64,000 nucleotides of DNA from positions 1,178,001 through 1,242,000 of the forward strand of contig OZ361258.1 in the NCBI GenBank assembly GCA_977018835.1. The letters run 5' to 3'. A program made the translations under genes and the position numbers. Within the stretch, counting starts at the first letter, position 1, and each line of letters opens with the position of its first letter. This DNA is from Minutocellus sp. GHC0000111. Taxonomy: Eukaryota. The notes below the pieces were generated by a model. That model ran no database searches, was not told the origin of the DNA, and was given only the letters and a program-made list of their open reading frames with translations. Positions 43,170 through 54,646 of this stretch are shown piece by piece.

Positions 43170-44840
43170 ATGATCCATATCCGAGAATACGATGGGGACC
43201 CACTGAGGAATGCTCAGCAGCGACAAGGGGAGCATCCTTCAGAAGGCGACGGCGACGCGGCCGCCGCATCTGGATTGTCGGCATTTGCAGCCGATGCAAG
43301 CCAACCGCAATGCATTGCCCATTACGTCGTCCAATCACCAAGTAGGAGTCCTACTCTCCAAAGACTTTCGTCGTCGCCATCACTACCCACTAGAACGTGG
43401 CAACAGTCGCTGCATCATGGGTTTGTTATCCGACCGCAGCGGATATTTGCCGACCTGTTTCTGCCACTTGGATATCCTGAGAGTGTCGGCGAAGGCTACC
43501 TTGCCTACCAAGTCTACGACAGTCTTCAGGGTATATGCTCCTACCTGCGTGGAGTGGTAGCCACCTCGGCCGTCATGATGGCCGCCGGCGTTGGCGATGC
43601 TGAAGCCACTGCCATGTCAGCAGCCGTCAATTGGGCGCTGAGGGATGGTACCGGAATGATCGGTGGATTGCTCTTCTCGTATGTTGCATCGGCTCAATTT
43701 GACAGCTACGTCAAGGAATTTAGGCTCTTTGCTGATGTGATCAATGACGTCGGGCTTACCCTTGACATGCTGGCATCGTATGCTGGCCGAGGACGTGTCC
43801 TTTACGTGACGAGCTTGGCGACAATATGCAAAACCATGTGTGGGATGGCCGCGGGTGCGACCAAGGGCAGCATTACGCATCACTTTGCCATACATGGCAA
43901 TATGGCCGATTTGAATTCCAAGGAATCCACTCAAGAGACCCTCGTGTCGCTATTGGGGATGATATTTGGAATTGGACTTGCGCGATATTTACATGGGCTG
44001 GAAAAGCATGGGTGTGGGGATGGAAACACTGCTGATGTCAATGAAGAGGAATGTATTGCCGACGGCACGGCGAAATTTATATCATGGGCCATTTTCATCT
44101 TTCTTACCATTGTTCATGTGTGGGCAAATTATCTAGGAGTCAAGATATTGCGACTTAGGACGCTGAATCGGGAGCGTGCAGAGGTGGCTCTCAAGAATAT
44201 CATAGACGAGTGCACAAAACAATGCGAGGACAATCTTCTCGATTTCAAAAAGATGGAACTATTGGATGCCGAAACGTTACTGAAATCCATCTTATCGCCG
44301 CATGATGTTTCAGAGTCGCTTTTGTCATCTGTTGGTAAGCTCGTTTTTCCCGGAAAGGTTCGTTTGAATTCACATGTTCATGAGGCGTTCCGCGGCATGA
44401 GAGAGGCGGAAAATTCAGATTCGATATCTGATGTGTTGAAAGAATTTGATGGCGAAAGATATTTCCTAACAGATAATAATAAGGATGTGGTGTCAGTCGT
44501 GTTGTGTGCGGGATGCACCGAAGAGGATGAGCTGAAGGCTTTTGTGCATGCAATGGTGTTATCGGCGTTGTGTAGGAGTGAGCGAATGAAGGACAGAGAG
44601 GAAACGATGAAACAGAGCGAGAACTTCTGCAAAGGCAGACAGCGGTACTTATTCGCGGTGATAAGCCACATGTGCATCTGCCAATTATTCCAACAGCAGG
44701 GGCCTGGTGCAGTCAATTCTACTAAGCCCAAACTTACGTTGGATTGGCTCAAGGAGCGAGGTTGGGAAACCAATAGGCTCTATCTCGGGTTTGGCCATTG
44801 CCGAGCACAAATTAGCGACGAGCGGAAGAAAGAAGAATGA
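43170..44840 (+). CDS. RUS1 (root UVB sensitive, DUF647) family protein
   Basis: FLPLGYPESV..YLAYQVYDSLQ, WALRDGTGMIG, RLFADVIND, HFA..GNMADLNSKESTQET and LRTLNRER. Confidence 0.93.
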   Translation: MIHIREYDGDPLRNAQQRQGEHPSEGDGDAAAASGLSAFAADASQPQCIAHYVVQSPSRSPTLQRLSSSPSLPTRTWQQSLHHGFVIRPQRIFADLFLPLGYPESVGEGYLAYQVYDSLQGICSYLRGVVATSAVMMAAGVGDAEATAMSAAVNWALRDGTGMIGGLLFSYVASAQFDSYVKEFRLFADVINDVGLTLDMLASYAGRGRVLYVTSLATICKTMCGMAAGATKGSITHHFAIHGNMADLNSKESTQETLVSLLGMIFGIGLARYLHGLEKHGCGDGNTADVNEEECIADGTAKFISWAIFIFLTIVHVWANYLGVKILRLRTLNRERAEVALKNIIDECTKQCEDNLLDFKKMELLDAETLLKSILSPHDVSESLLSSVGKLVFPGKVRLNSHVHEAFRGMREAENSDSISDVLKEFDGERYFLTDNNKDVVSVVLCAGCTEEDELKAFVHAMVLSALCRSERMKDREETMKQSENFCKGRQRYLFAVISHMCICQLFQQQGPGAVNSTKPKLTLDWLKERGWETNRLYLGFGHCRAQISDERKKEE

Positions 44841-44927
44841 GTAAAAAATAGCCGCTGTCGCATTAGTGCACATAATACCGTACTGAATGCAAAGTGTTCG
44901 TGTACAGTCTTAAATGGAGCTAGCTAA

Positions 44928-46835
44928 TTACCCTACAGCGCGTTGAGTTAGATCCGTTTCGCCATTCCCATCTGTCACGTTAGATCCGCCCAACAAACCA
45001 AAGAGATTATTTCCCAATGGAAGCGATGGCATGGGCGGCAATTGCATCGGAACAAGAGAGCCCGTTGCCAACGAATTTAGCTGCCCAATACCAGGGACGA
45101 GATTTTGTTCTGTCATGGCCGGCGGATTAAGCTGCTGCGGCATTTGTACCTGAGCTGGTTGCTGTAGCTGCTGCATCATTACTTCATTTTGTGCTTGAAC
45201 TTGCGCTTGGAGCTGCATCTGTGGTTGGTATGGCTCACCACCTTTCTCTTGATGTTGTTGAGTAGGCTTGGACGACTCTCCCTTCTTTTGCTTCGCCAAG
45301 CGTAATCGGCGTGAAAGTTGATTCTTGCGCTGGGTCAATCGGACGCCATCTCCGGCATCGACCTCCTCGCCGGCATGGTCAAAGACCCCAAAGACGAACC
45401 CACCCTGTTCCAGGGCATCCTTGAGCTTCATCTTGGGGTTGGCCAATCGCAGTTCGACGGCCTTCTTCATTCTGTCGTCGGCGTAGGTCATTCTCTTGCC
45501 GGTGGGCTTTGTCGCTGTTGATGATGACGAGGATGAGGATGCCGACGTCCTGGAAGTGCCCGATGTGCCGGATGTGGCAGTACTGGCGGTGTTATTGGTC
45601 TCGACACTGTCGGGCGTGCTGTTGTGATCGGTGCGAATTCTCTTGACGTTGGGCATATTGGCGACGGCAAAGTTTCCTTGTGCATGTGCGATTGGCATGT
45701 CGTGCCCTACATGCGCCGGCGAGGCTGCAGCTGGCGCTGGTACCACCATGGGCCCTGCTGCCGGAGGAAAAGGAGCAGCAGCGGTGATGATGATCCCTCT
45801 CTCCTTCAAGCGACGCTCGACAAGAAAGGCATCCGTGTCAACCCGGAGGTCACCCCCGAGATCCGCCGGGACGCACCGCTTGGGCAACCGAAATCCATTC
45901 AGGATCATGATGATCTGCTCATCGGATCCGCGATGGATCTTGAACCGACGGCGGATGTGCTTCCCCACAAAGCTCTTGAGGACAGGAAACAACACATAAT
46001 ATCCAACCGCCGACGGATGGCACAGGTGGAGCGCCCGCAGATGGAACGGCACGCAGTTGCAGACGGACGTCAGCAGCCGCATCAGGTACAGGTTGTAGTG
46101 CCGCTTCTCCACTCCCTTGCCGTTGACGACGACGACGATGCCGCGCTTCCGCACCTCGGGATCCTCGAGGGCGGCCTCCATGATGTACATCTTGGCCATC
46201 GCCTCCTGTTCGGGAGAGACGACGTCAAAGTCACGCCTGCCGGGTTGGAGCATGACAATGGCCCGCCCGGCGGCATCCCGCGCGGGGAGGAGGCACACCA
46301 GTCCCCTGCGCAGGACCGACTCCTGTCCCCTCATGGCCCCATCGAGCGTCATGGGGAGGAAGGCGCGGTGGGCCCCGAAGCATTTGAGGCGGACCTCCCA
46401 GTAGTCGACGAATCTGGCGGCCGCCTCGACGGGGTTGTTGTCGTCACGGTCCAAAAATATCAGCCGCCGTTCCGGATCGTTGACCAGATGGGGACACTGC
46501 AGCTGCGCATGGAGGTAGGCCGCCTTGTTCTCTGGGGAAATGGCCTCGATGGCCTCCTCCAGCCGACGGAGCAGATGGGCGGCGTGGCCGGTGTCGTTCC
46601 GGAGGATGGAAATTCGATCGACGCCGGACGCGATGCCCCGCAGATCGCTCTCGAGTTTCACGACGTCTCGAATCGACAGGGCGGCCACCTCCTCCTTCTC
46701 GGCCTGTTCCGTGAAGGCAAAGTTGGCGTCGGTGTCGCGAAAGACGAGATGGGCCGGGCGGTGCTTGGATGTGTTGTTGGGAGCGGCAGCGGCAGCGGCG
46801 GCGGCGGTTTCCGGTGAGATGCTATCGCTCAGCAT
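44928..46835 (-). CDS. CRAL-TRIO (Sec14) domain protein with a basic C-terminal domain and Q-rich tail
   Basis: LIFLDRDDNNPVEAAARFVDYWEVR, RDAAGRAIV, PFHLRALHLCHP and LPKRCVPADLGG, followed by DDRMKKAVELRLANP..ALEQGGFVF..QRKNQLSRRLR. Confidence 0.88.
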   Translation of the reverse strand: MLSDSISPETAAAAAAAAPNNTSKHRPAHLVFRDTDANFAFTEQAEKEEVAALSIRDVVKLESDLRGIASGVDRISILRNDTGHAAHLLRRLEEAIEAISPENKAAYLHAQLQCPHLVNDPERRLIFLDRDDNNPVEAAARFVDYWEVRLKCFGAHRAFLPMTLDGAMRGQESVLRRGLVCLLPARDAAGRAIVMLQPGRRDFDVVSPEQEAMAKMYIMEAALEDPEVRKRGIVVVVNGKGVEKRHYNLYLMRLLTSVCNCVPFHLRALHLCHPSAVGYYVLFPVLKSFVGKHIRRRFKIHRGSDEQIIMILNGFRLPKRCVPADLGGDLRVDTDAFLVERRLKERGIIITAAAPFPPAAGPMVVPAPAAASPAHVGHDMPIAHAQGNFAVANMPNVKRIRTDHNSTPDSVETNNTASTATSGTSGTSRTSASSSSSSSTATKPTGKRMTYADDRMKKAVELRLANPKMKLKDALEQGGFVFGVFDHAGEEVDAGDGVRLTQRKNQLSRRLRLAKQKKGESSKPTQQHQEKGGEPYQPQMQLQAQVQAQNEVMMQQLQQPAQVQMPQQLNPPAMTEQNLVPGIGQLNSLATGSLVPMQLPPMPSLPLGNNLFGLLGGSNVTDGNGETDLTQRAVG

Positions 46836-47319
46836 GATTGGCTTGTCAGCTTAGACCAAGTACAGTCAGGAGGATAGAACGGATAGAATGGTCGCCGCGC
46901 GGCGGGGTATGGCGGGGTGGAATTACCTCTCTATCTGAGGTACATTTTGTGTGCATGGAATATGAGGGCCTATTTTGTGAGCATGGAATATGCGGGCCTG
47001 CTTTATTTGTGCCGATCGATTATTTGGGTTGTCTGACCCGTTTCGGCATGGATCATTTCGGCGAAGTCCAAAGTTGCTGCAAAGTGGCTTTTGAGTTTTC
47101 CTGTGTACGGGACTACATTTCAACATGACATGTACGCCGTGGAGCACGTACGTACCAAAATACCGAGAAATCGAATGAACCATGCCGCGTCGTCAGTGCC
47201 ATCCCATGCATCATGCGCTGGGAAAGCAAGCGGCGAAGGGGCAAGCGACAGCCAAGCATAAGAGCAAAGTACTGAGCCGTGCGGTCACGTGGCGTAACGC
47301 ATCGGCCATTAAAAGCAAC

Positions 47320-49072
47320 ATGCTTCAATCTTCTATGGCCCTTTCGTCGCTTCTTCTTGTGAGCGCCCCGAGGCCGACCGGTGCCTTTAGCGTCGCACGC
47401 ATTGGACCACCTTCCCCACGACCTCTGCACGTACCTCCCTCCTCCTCCTCTTCCTCCTCCTCCTCCGTCACATTATTATCGGCATCTTCCAGCAATAACA
47501 ACAACGACAACGACGACTTAGACTACGACAACGACGACTTCTTCTTCGACGAAGACGCCGCCGCCATTGCCCGTGCCACGTCCAGCGGAACGTCCAACAT
47601 CGACGACGACCAAGACGATGCCTCGATAATAACCGCCCGGGACAAGTCGGGCTCCAGCTCCCGCCTCTTCAGCCTGGGGTACGACCTCATCCTCGACACG
47701 TACGCGGGCAGCATGGGATTCGACGAGGTGACCGACTGGGACTACTACACGCAGGACGAGGACGGCAATCGAATCGAATCCGTCGAGCCCAACCCGTTCG
47801 ACAGCTCCCAGCCCAAGCGCACCCGGTCGAGCAGCGGGTCGGTCGTCCGCATATTCCGCGGCGAGCTGGGTGGGAAGCTGGGCAACACGCTCCGAGCCCG
47901 AGGACTGGACAAGCGGGTGCTCGTCAAGGAATTTTCCGGAAAGATTGCCAAGGACTTGGCCAGCTCCGAGCTCGACTGCGTCGGCAAGCTCCAGTCCGAG
48001 GTGGTGGCCGATGCAGACGACGGGGCCGCCGGCGGGGAGTGGGCAACGACGGCATCCAAGCGCTGGTTGGCCGCCAAGATGGGCGGCTCGACCACCCAGG
48101 ACGATGCCGCCATTGTCCAACTGCTGAGCATCCTCGGCGTGGGCAAGTCCAACAGCAGGGACCATTCGCCCTTCGTCGGCATTCTCGGCCGGCTGGACTT
48201 GAGCGACTTTGAGGAGGACATGGGCGTGACGCCGCAGGAATGGTACTCGGCGCTCAAGGTGGCGCCACCGAAGAAGGATGCGATCTGGGTGGTGTACGAG
48301 TACGTCGGACTGACGACGTTGAATGCCTATGCCCGACCACCGCTCGTACGGTTGCAAAATCTTCCACCGCAGAGGAATTTCTTTGGTGCCGTGGTCGCCC
48401 CACCGCCACTGCCTCCGTGGAGGGAACGGGCCAAATATGTGGTTAAGGGCATCATGTTCCAATGTCTCGAGGCGGTGGCCTTTCTCCACGAGAATGGAAT
48501 AGCCCACCGATCAATCGGTAGGAACAGCATCATATTGTCGAGTGTCGCGCAAGATAAGACGGAGGCGATTTCGCCATATGCGCTCGTTCCGTCTCGGTTG
48601 GTTGTAAAGCTGTCCGATTTTGGATTTGGCGGGCCAATTGCGGACTCGTCATTCGATGAGGAATTTGGAACAAGAGCCAGATCGTTTGGCATTGACATCA
48701 AAGAAGGGACATCGTCGGTTGGAATGACCAATTTTGCCATGGCAGAAGACCTTCATGCGTTGGGTTTTGTCTTCCTTGGACTCTTGCTTACTTCGTTGGC
48801 GGAGATACCGACACCGCAGTACAAGATGCCGGCGACCGATGAAGATAGCTTGCAGCGCCTTCTCGCGGAAATCTTTGACAAGGACTTTGATGCATTTCGA
48901 GAATATGTCGAAGCCGAAGACATTTGGGAGAATTTGGTGTCATTGCTTGATGAGAACGAGGGAGCCGGCTGGGATCTTCTTCGGAGAACGGGCGAGTGAA
49001 AACAAGAACGAGCTGACGGTTCTGACAGCAAGAGGACTTTTGTCAAATCCAATTTTTACTTCTCGATGGTAA
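47320..49072 (+). CDS. Plastid-targeted protein kinase-like protein (STN7-like superfamily, probable pseudokinase); 3' frameshift near 48985
   Basis: Signal peptide ends TGA|FSV. Motifs are VLVKEF, IWVVYEY, LHENGIAHRSIG, VKLSDFG, EDLHALG and GAGWDLL. An alternative frame gives the tail LTARGLLSNPIF. Confidence 0.85.
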
Positions 49073-49177
49073 ATAATGAATACTAGCTACAGCCAGCCAG
49101 AGCAATATGCATGAATACATAATACGTAATTCCTCTATATTGTAGACATTCTATAAAGATTTTCTGCCATCCCAAAT

Positions 49178-50722
49178 CTACATATACTCCACGAGGACGT
49201 CGCCTTCTGGGAGTTTTCCATCAACAATTTTGGGAGGCTGCTTAGGAGGAGTGACTTTCATGACACGATAGACATTTTCCGGGATGAAATATAAGCGCCC
49301 GTCGAGGCCCACATGGCCACCCTGCCACTTATCCTTGTGCTTCGGAACTTCTCCAAAAACAGGTTTCTCACCTTCAATATCCGTGCCGGTATAAATGCGA
49401 AGAATGTGGTGCCCACTCGCTGGGATACAATAGATACACTGATCACTCGGGGAATACAAACCGCCTTGCCACTTGTTCTTCATCTTGCCCGCAAATCCGA
49501 ACGTTGTGCATTCGTCCGTCTTGGTATCGATCCTCAGTATTGAGCTCGTGTCACATGCGGGGCAGTAAATATTGCCATCAGCACCCACAGATCCTCCAAG
49601 CCATTTGAAGTTCTTTCGGTCGTCCTTGTCATACTCAGCGCGCTTGATCGGTAACTCTGTGCAGATTTCGTCTTGTGGGCAGTCTGGATTGGTGTTGATA
49701 ACAAGGACTAGGTCATCGGCATGACTCGGGTGGGCATAAATCTTTCCACCTATTTGAATGCCTCCATGCCAATTGTAGCCTGCAACACCATAATCAGGTC
49801 CGACAAGACTGGCTGAGTCGTTATCACAATCAATACGAAGAACAGCACAAGATCGATACGGAACGCCGTACACGCAATTATCCTCGCCGAGGATTCCACC
49901 GTAGAACTTATTGGAAAGATCGATTTTGAACGATGAATATTTTGCCTCGTCGTAATCAATTGGTATCAACGACGTAGTTTGGGTCTTCAGGTCGACCTTG
50001 AGTACCTTCTGGGCATTCGATGGGATGCAGTAGATCGCGTCTTTCTGCTTATTGATGCCGGCACCGTGCCACTGCCAAGTCATTCCTTTGGGGTGTTCTT
50101 CCGGTAGATCGAGGAGCTTGACAATGTCCCCATCTGCCTCCCTTCGGCCCCAGAATGCATCGACATCGACACACAAGACAGCATCGGCCCATGCTGGAAT
50201 AGCCCACAAATATCCTCCCTGGAAGATGCCCCTCAACCACTTCATTTGCGTATTCTTGACAGAATCGGGAAGAGGAATCGAAGTCATTTTGTACGACGAT
50301 CCATCTCCTCCGCCCTTGGTATCAGGATACAGACACAATACTGCTTTGGAATTCGCCGGCACGCCGTAGATACAGCCATCGGTCGGGTCATACGCACCAC
50401 CGAGATGCTTGTGAGATCCGGGCAGGAGACATTCTTGCGTTGAGCTCTCGGACTTGGGATAAAGCTCCGCTGCCTCGATGATGTTGGCTCGAATGGGAGG
50501 TGAGATATAGGCCTCGTCAAGAACCTGCGACTTAAATTCGGCGACATATGCCTTCCACTTATGATTCGTCTTCGCCGCCTTCTTAAGGGCTGACTTGGAC
50601 GGCTGCTTCTTCGCATCGTTGGTGTCAGCTGGGGGAGCTGGTTGGCCGACGTCCTGCTGCTGCTTCTTCCCCTTCCGAGATGAAGCCCCTTTGCTCTTAT
50701 TTTTCGATGCGCCAATGCCCAT
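49178..50722 (-). CDS. Beta-propeller (kelch-like) repeat protein with putative N-myristoylation
   Basis: About 7 repeats of KWxGG...DGxIYxxP..A..VLxID, and an MGIGASKNKSK N-terminus with a polybasic stretch. Confidence 0.85.
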   Translation of the reverse strand: MGIGASKNKSKGASSRKGKKQQQDVGQPAPPADTNDAKKQPSKSALKKAAKTNHKWKAYVAEFKSQVLDEAYISPPIRANIIEAAELYPKSESSTQECLLPGSHKHLGGAYDPTDGCIYGVPANSKAVLCLYPDTKGGGDGSSYKMTSIPLPDSVKNTQMKWLRGIFQGGYLWAIPAWADAVLCVDVDAFWGRREADGDIVKLLDLPEEHPKGMTWQWHGAGINKQKDAIYCIPSNAQKVLKVDLKTQTTSLIPIDYDEAKYSSFKIDLSNKFYGGILGEDNCVYGVPYRSCAVLRIDCDNDSASLVGPDYGVAGYNWHGGIQIGGKIYAHPSHADDLVLVINTNPDCPQDEICTELPIKRAEYDKDDRKNFKWLGGSVGADGNIYCPACDTSSILRIDTKTDECTTFGFAGKMKNKWQGGLYSPSDQCIYCIPASGHHILRIYTGTDIEGEKPVFGEVPKHKDKWQGGHVGLDGRLYFIPENVYRVMKVTPPKQPPKIVDGKLPEGDVLVEYM

Positions 50723-51682
50723 CTTGGTAGGTGTGTCTTGTAAGAATGATTTCACAAGCGGATACAAGCAAGCGACGAGGAGTAGCTGCAGCAGCAAAGA
50801 ACAACGGCGGCTGCTCCTTCTCATTTCAAGAAAATGAAATGAGCGGCCGAGAATTAGGTTATGAGCCACGAGGCGATTTGAGCATTGATGACGCATCACA
50901 GTTCCAGGTGGACCGCTCACCATAGTGAAACGGACAAAATAAGGCCCTTTTGTGCTGACGTACTGTAGAAAGCACTTCATTTTACCCTCTTCACCATGAT
51001 GAACTGCCACTCTTTGCCGCCGTGGTCAATATTTTCACGAAGTGAGCACGCCGAATGCAAGCTGATACCTGTCCGCCAATTGAGCGGCGGCAGTGTCTGG
51101 AAATTCCCCACGCATCAAAAGTTGTCACATCACAAAATTGTCAACCCGTCGTCAAAATCGCACGACATGAGTCGACTTGGAGATGCGATGCTGAGAGAGC
51201 CCCAGCCTCCAATCGCTCCAACATTCAAGAAATATTCGCCCAACATGTCTAATGAGGCGTTGTTGTGGTTGATTGTTGCCAAAATGTGTTGCATCTTCCC
51301 CTCCATCGGCCGCTTCCGGAGAGCAAAATTTCGTTCGTCGGCGTCGTTTTTTTGAGTGATTTTCCCCCTCGACAGCACATGATGTGAGAGGAATTTTCTG
51401 GCCGGACTGCCAAGTGCGCATACTTCAATATGTCTAATTTGCGCACATGTATGCGGAAAGCATGCTCAACCGCGCGACAAACACTTGCGGAGGGGGGAAG
51501 GCACAGCGTCGCTCTTCCTTCTGAAATCAGAATAATTTAGAGCGGGACCAAAAAATCCCGTGTTTTCTAGTAGTTATGACAATGAAAAGAAAGGCCTTAT
51601 GCTTGTCCGAAAATGATCCACCTGAAACTGTGATGCGTCTGATGCGGTGCTCATCGCCGGCACGTGTTTAGACTTAACAAAA

Positions 51683-52909
51683 CTACAATCTACTCGAGGG
51701 CCCACCATTTCCTAGGACCATATATGGCACCTCGTCTATCAATGACTTCGTTATTTGCACCATCTTTGGTAAAAGTGCCGCGACAGCTTTCGCTTGGGCA
51801 CTGCTTGCAACTCCAGCCTTGGCTCGCATGGCGACTCCATGAACAATCACGCAATTCTTAAAGAATAGAAAGGCCAGATAGAACTTGCTCCAATCCAATG
51901 CTTCTTTTTGCGATATAGCTTCATTGGCAGCAGCGGCATACATACGAATCAAATCTGTTCTCTCCGGTAATCCCAGGTCCTGCAGGTCTAACCCAGCAAT
52001 GCCTCGAATACCAACCTTGACGCTCTGCCCTACATAATACATCATGCATAAATTCGCCAGATCGCACAGCGAATTTCCAATTGTAGACAGCTCCCAGTCC
52101 AGTACCGCCAATATCCGCGGCTCGGTCGGGTGGAAGATGAGATTATCAATCTTGTAGTCTCCATGAATCAGTGATACGTGATCAGGACACTTGGTTGCCA
52201 TAGTTGCCAACTTTGAAGCGATATCATCAAGACCATCGACCGCGCCCACCGTCTCAGCCTGCTTTTGACTTACAGCCATCAGCCGACGGATTTGCCGAGA
52301 GACATATCCCCCTCTACGACCGAATTTCTCCAACCCATTCGCAGACCAATCTATACTGTGAATATTCGCCAGCACCCGAACTACGTCAGCAAATGCTGTT
52401 CTTCGATCGGCCTTTGATAGCCCCGGCATGGACGGATCGGTAAAGATGCGACCCTGCACAAACTCCATCAAATAGAATTCGGCACCCAGCACGGTAGCAT
52501 CGGAACAGTATGCCACGACACGGGGAACGGGCACATCATTCTTCGGTGGGCAAGTTTTATTGTGTCTGGAGATACCGACCAGTACAGCGTACTCCCTGTC
52601 GAGAGCATGTGCCGACTTGTGCGCAACCTTGGAGGGTTTCCGACGTAGCACTAGCTGGGTTGTCGATGACTGTACGGATATTGTCAGGAGATAGGTTGGG
52701 TTTGATTGGCCAAATCCAAACTGTCGCACTGTTATTTGGTCCTCTTGAATGTTCATGTTGGTTGCTGCATGCCCCAGCCCCAGGTACGCTCGAACTGCCT
52801 CTTGGCTCGACATCCATTGGCAGAGGGACGCCACATCGATCGACTGTCGCACGGCAGAAGTCTGCTGACCAGAGCTACCGGGGGAATTGTCGGAATGAGG
52901 GCTCATCAT
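51683..52909 (-). CDS. Stand-alone ACAD10/ACAD11 N-terminal APH-like phosphotransferase with PTS1
   Basis: [43 protein letters not shown] and [30 protein letters not shown]. Ends in SRL*. Confidence 0.92.
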   Translation of the reverse strand: MMSPHSDNSPGSSGQQTSAVRQSIDVASLCQWMSSQEAVRAYLGLGHAATNMNIQEDQITVRQFGFGQSNPTYLLTISVQSSTTQLVLRRKPSKVAHKSAHALDREYAVLVGISRHNKTCPPKNDVPVPRVVAYCSDATVLGAEFYLMEFVQGRIFTDPSMPGLSKADRRTAFADVVRVLANIHSIDWSANGLEKFGRRGGYVSRQIRRLMAVSQKQAETVGAVDGLDDIASKLATMATKCPDHVSLIHGDYKIDNLIFHPTEPRILAVLDWELSTIGNSLCDLANLCMMYYVGQSVKVGIRGIAGLDLQDLGLPERTDLIRMYAAAANEAISQKEALDWSKFYLAFLFFKNCVIVHGVAMRAKAGVASSAQAKAVAALLPKMVQITKSLIDEVPYMVLGNGGPSSRL

Positions 52910-53229
52910 TGGTGGTGCATAAGTTGTATTGGCCGATTCGATTCGAGAGACCTTGAGGCAGCTACTGTTTTCCGCCGCCTCCGCACCGCGAGAAAACATG
53001 AGCCCTGCCTTGAGGTTGAGTCTTTGCACTCTTTTTCTGATGCAATAATGGCTCATTCTGAAGGGAGTTTAATCGCTGGGAGTGGTACCGACCAAGGCAA
53101 GGAGATATGTGACCATCTGGCTGACCATCTCATCAACCTGAAGATCTCTCCCTACGCCTGTCTCGCCAGCCAGCAGCCAGCCTGCCCCTGATTTTATTCA
53201 TATTCAGGATTTTCAGCGGAAATTATCAC

Positions 53230-53784
53230 ATGACGGAAGCCGCCACCACATCGAATGACCTTCCCCTACACACGGCGGTGCTTCTCAACGATGCCAGTGC
53301 AGTCCGGAAGATCCTCTTGGAAGGAAAGGTCAACCCCAACCTCGAAGATGCCAACGGCGTGACGGCTTTGATCGAGGCATGCATCGCGGGATGCGACGAT
53401 TTGGTTGAAATTCTCGTCACCGAAGGAAAATGTCCAGCACATCCGGAAGGCGAGTTTCGACACTCGCCCATCCGAGGAGCAGCGGTTGCCGGCCAAGCGT
53501 CGACGATGAAGCTACTGCTGGAACTTGGGGCCGATCCCAACGCGCTGTCGGATGGCAACCGAACGGCTCTCATGGAGGCGTGCTTCTTGCGCAAGACGGT
53601 GGAGGGGGACCACCCCACAATATCGGCAGAATGCGTCAAGGTATTGCTGGATGACGAAAGGACGGACCCGACCATTGCCAACAGCTTCGGGGAAACGGCG
53701 TTGGACTTGGCCAAGATGCGAGGATATGCGGAATCGGTCGAGCTGGTAGAGGCGGCTGTTAAGAAGTGGAGTGATGAGCAGTGA
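53230..53784 (+). CDS. Ankyrin repeat protein
   Basis: PLHTAV, GVTALIEAC, LLLELGADPN, RTALMEAC and GETALDLA. Confidence 0.93.
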   Translation: MTEAATTSNDLPLHTAVLLNDASAVRKILLEGKVNPNLEDANGVTALIEACIAGCDDLVEILVTEGKCPAHPEGEFRHSPIRGAAVAGQASTMKLLLELGADPNALSDGNRTALMEACFLRKTVEGDHPTISAECVKVLLDDERTDPTIANSFGETALDLAKMRGYAESVELVEAAVKKWSDEQ

Positions 53785-54646
53785 TAAATGCGATGCTGCC
53801 ATGCTTGCGTCGCATTTTGCAATTTATAAAACTTATCTTTACTTATGATGTTGCTTCTCTGAGGGCAACGCAAAATACTGTCTACGTAATGGTAGGAAAT
53901 CTTGGCAATATTATCCCATGTGCATGCCATCACCTATTTCAAACCAACATGTCAAATGATTGGCGCCGTTGCTACCATTATCCCATAGGAAAATGAGCAT
54001 TGTTGCTTCTGCATCAACAGGAGGCCGCGTGCATGCCGGTAGTTGTCCTAGACTTTCTTTCCCAGGGCTAGAATCATCGGAAACGAAAACAACACCGACA
54101 CTCACATCCAAAAGAGAGAAATTTGCCGAATATTCCGGGGCGTACTGTGCCTGCGATTACAGCAGTAAGGAATGCCTGTGGTGTTGATCCTTGCCAGTGG
54201 ACTCTGTGGCATCGGTTGCCCGTTGGCCAGGCGGACGTCGGGGACAGCGGCGCTTCATGGACACACACGTCATGTGCTCGCTTTTTCGCGCAGTAGATGG
54301 TCAGCTGGTGCCAAAGCCGCAGTACTACGCAGCAATGGCAGCAGAATAAATTAATGACATTGCAACAGCAGCCCGGCCAAAAGCACAGAAAAAGCAGCAG
54401 CAGCCAAGTCAAAAGCCAAAGGTCGCGTCACATAAGGGTTCGCACATCATGCTGCTGCTGCGACCTTTTCAGCCTTTTCAAGTCCTGCGCGCCGGCCTCG
54501 CCGCCTCGCCTCGCCGGTGACACCGCAAGCTCGGCTCAACGCACTTCGAGTCCATTTCGAAGTTCTTGCAGTTTATCGAATATCCAGGCCCTGGCCCCTC
54601 GAGACTTTTATGTAATCAAACGCCCCAATAATAGTAAAGCTGCGGT

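Noticed and set aside
46953..46999. Short direct repeat GCATGGAATATG(A/C)GGGCCT
   Set aside because: A small local duplication with no further structure. The same applies to GCTAAGAGAAAGAGGTGG at 15135 and 15177.
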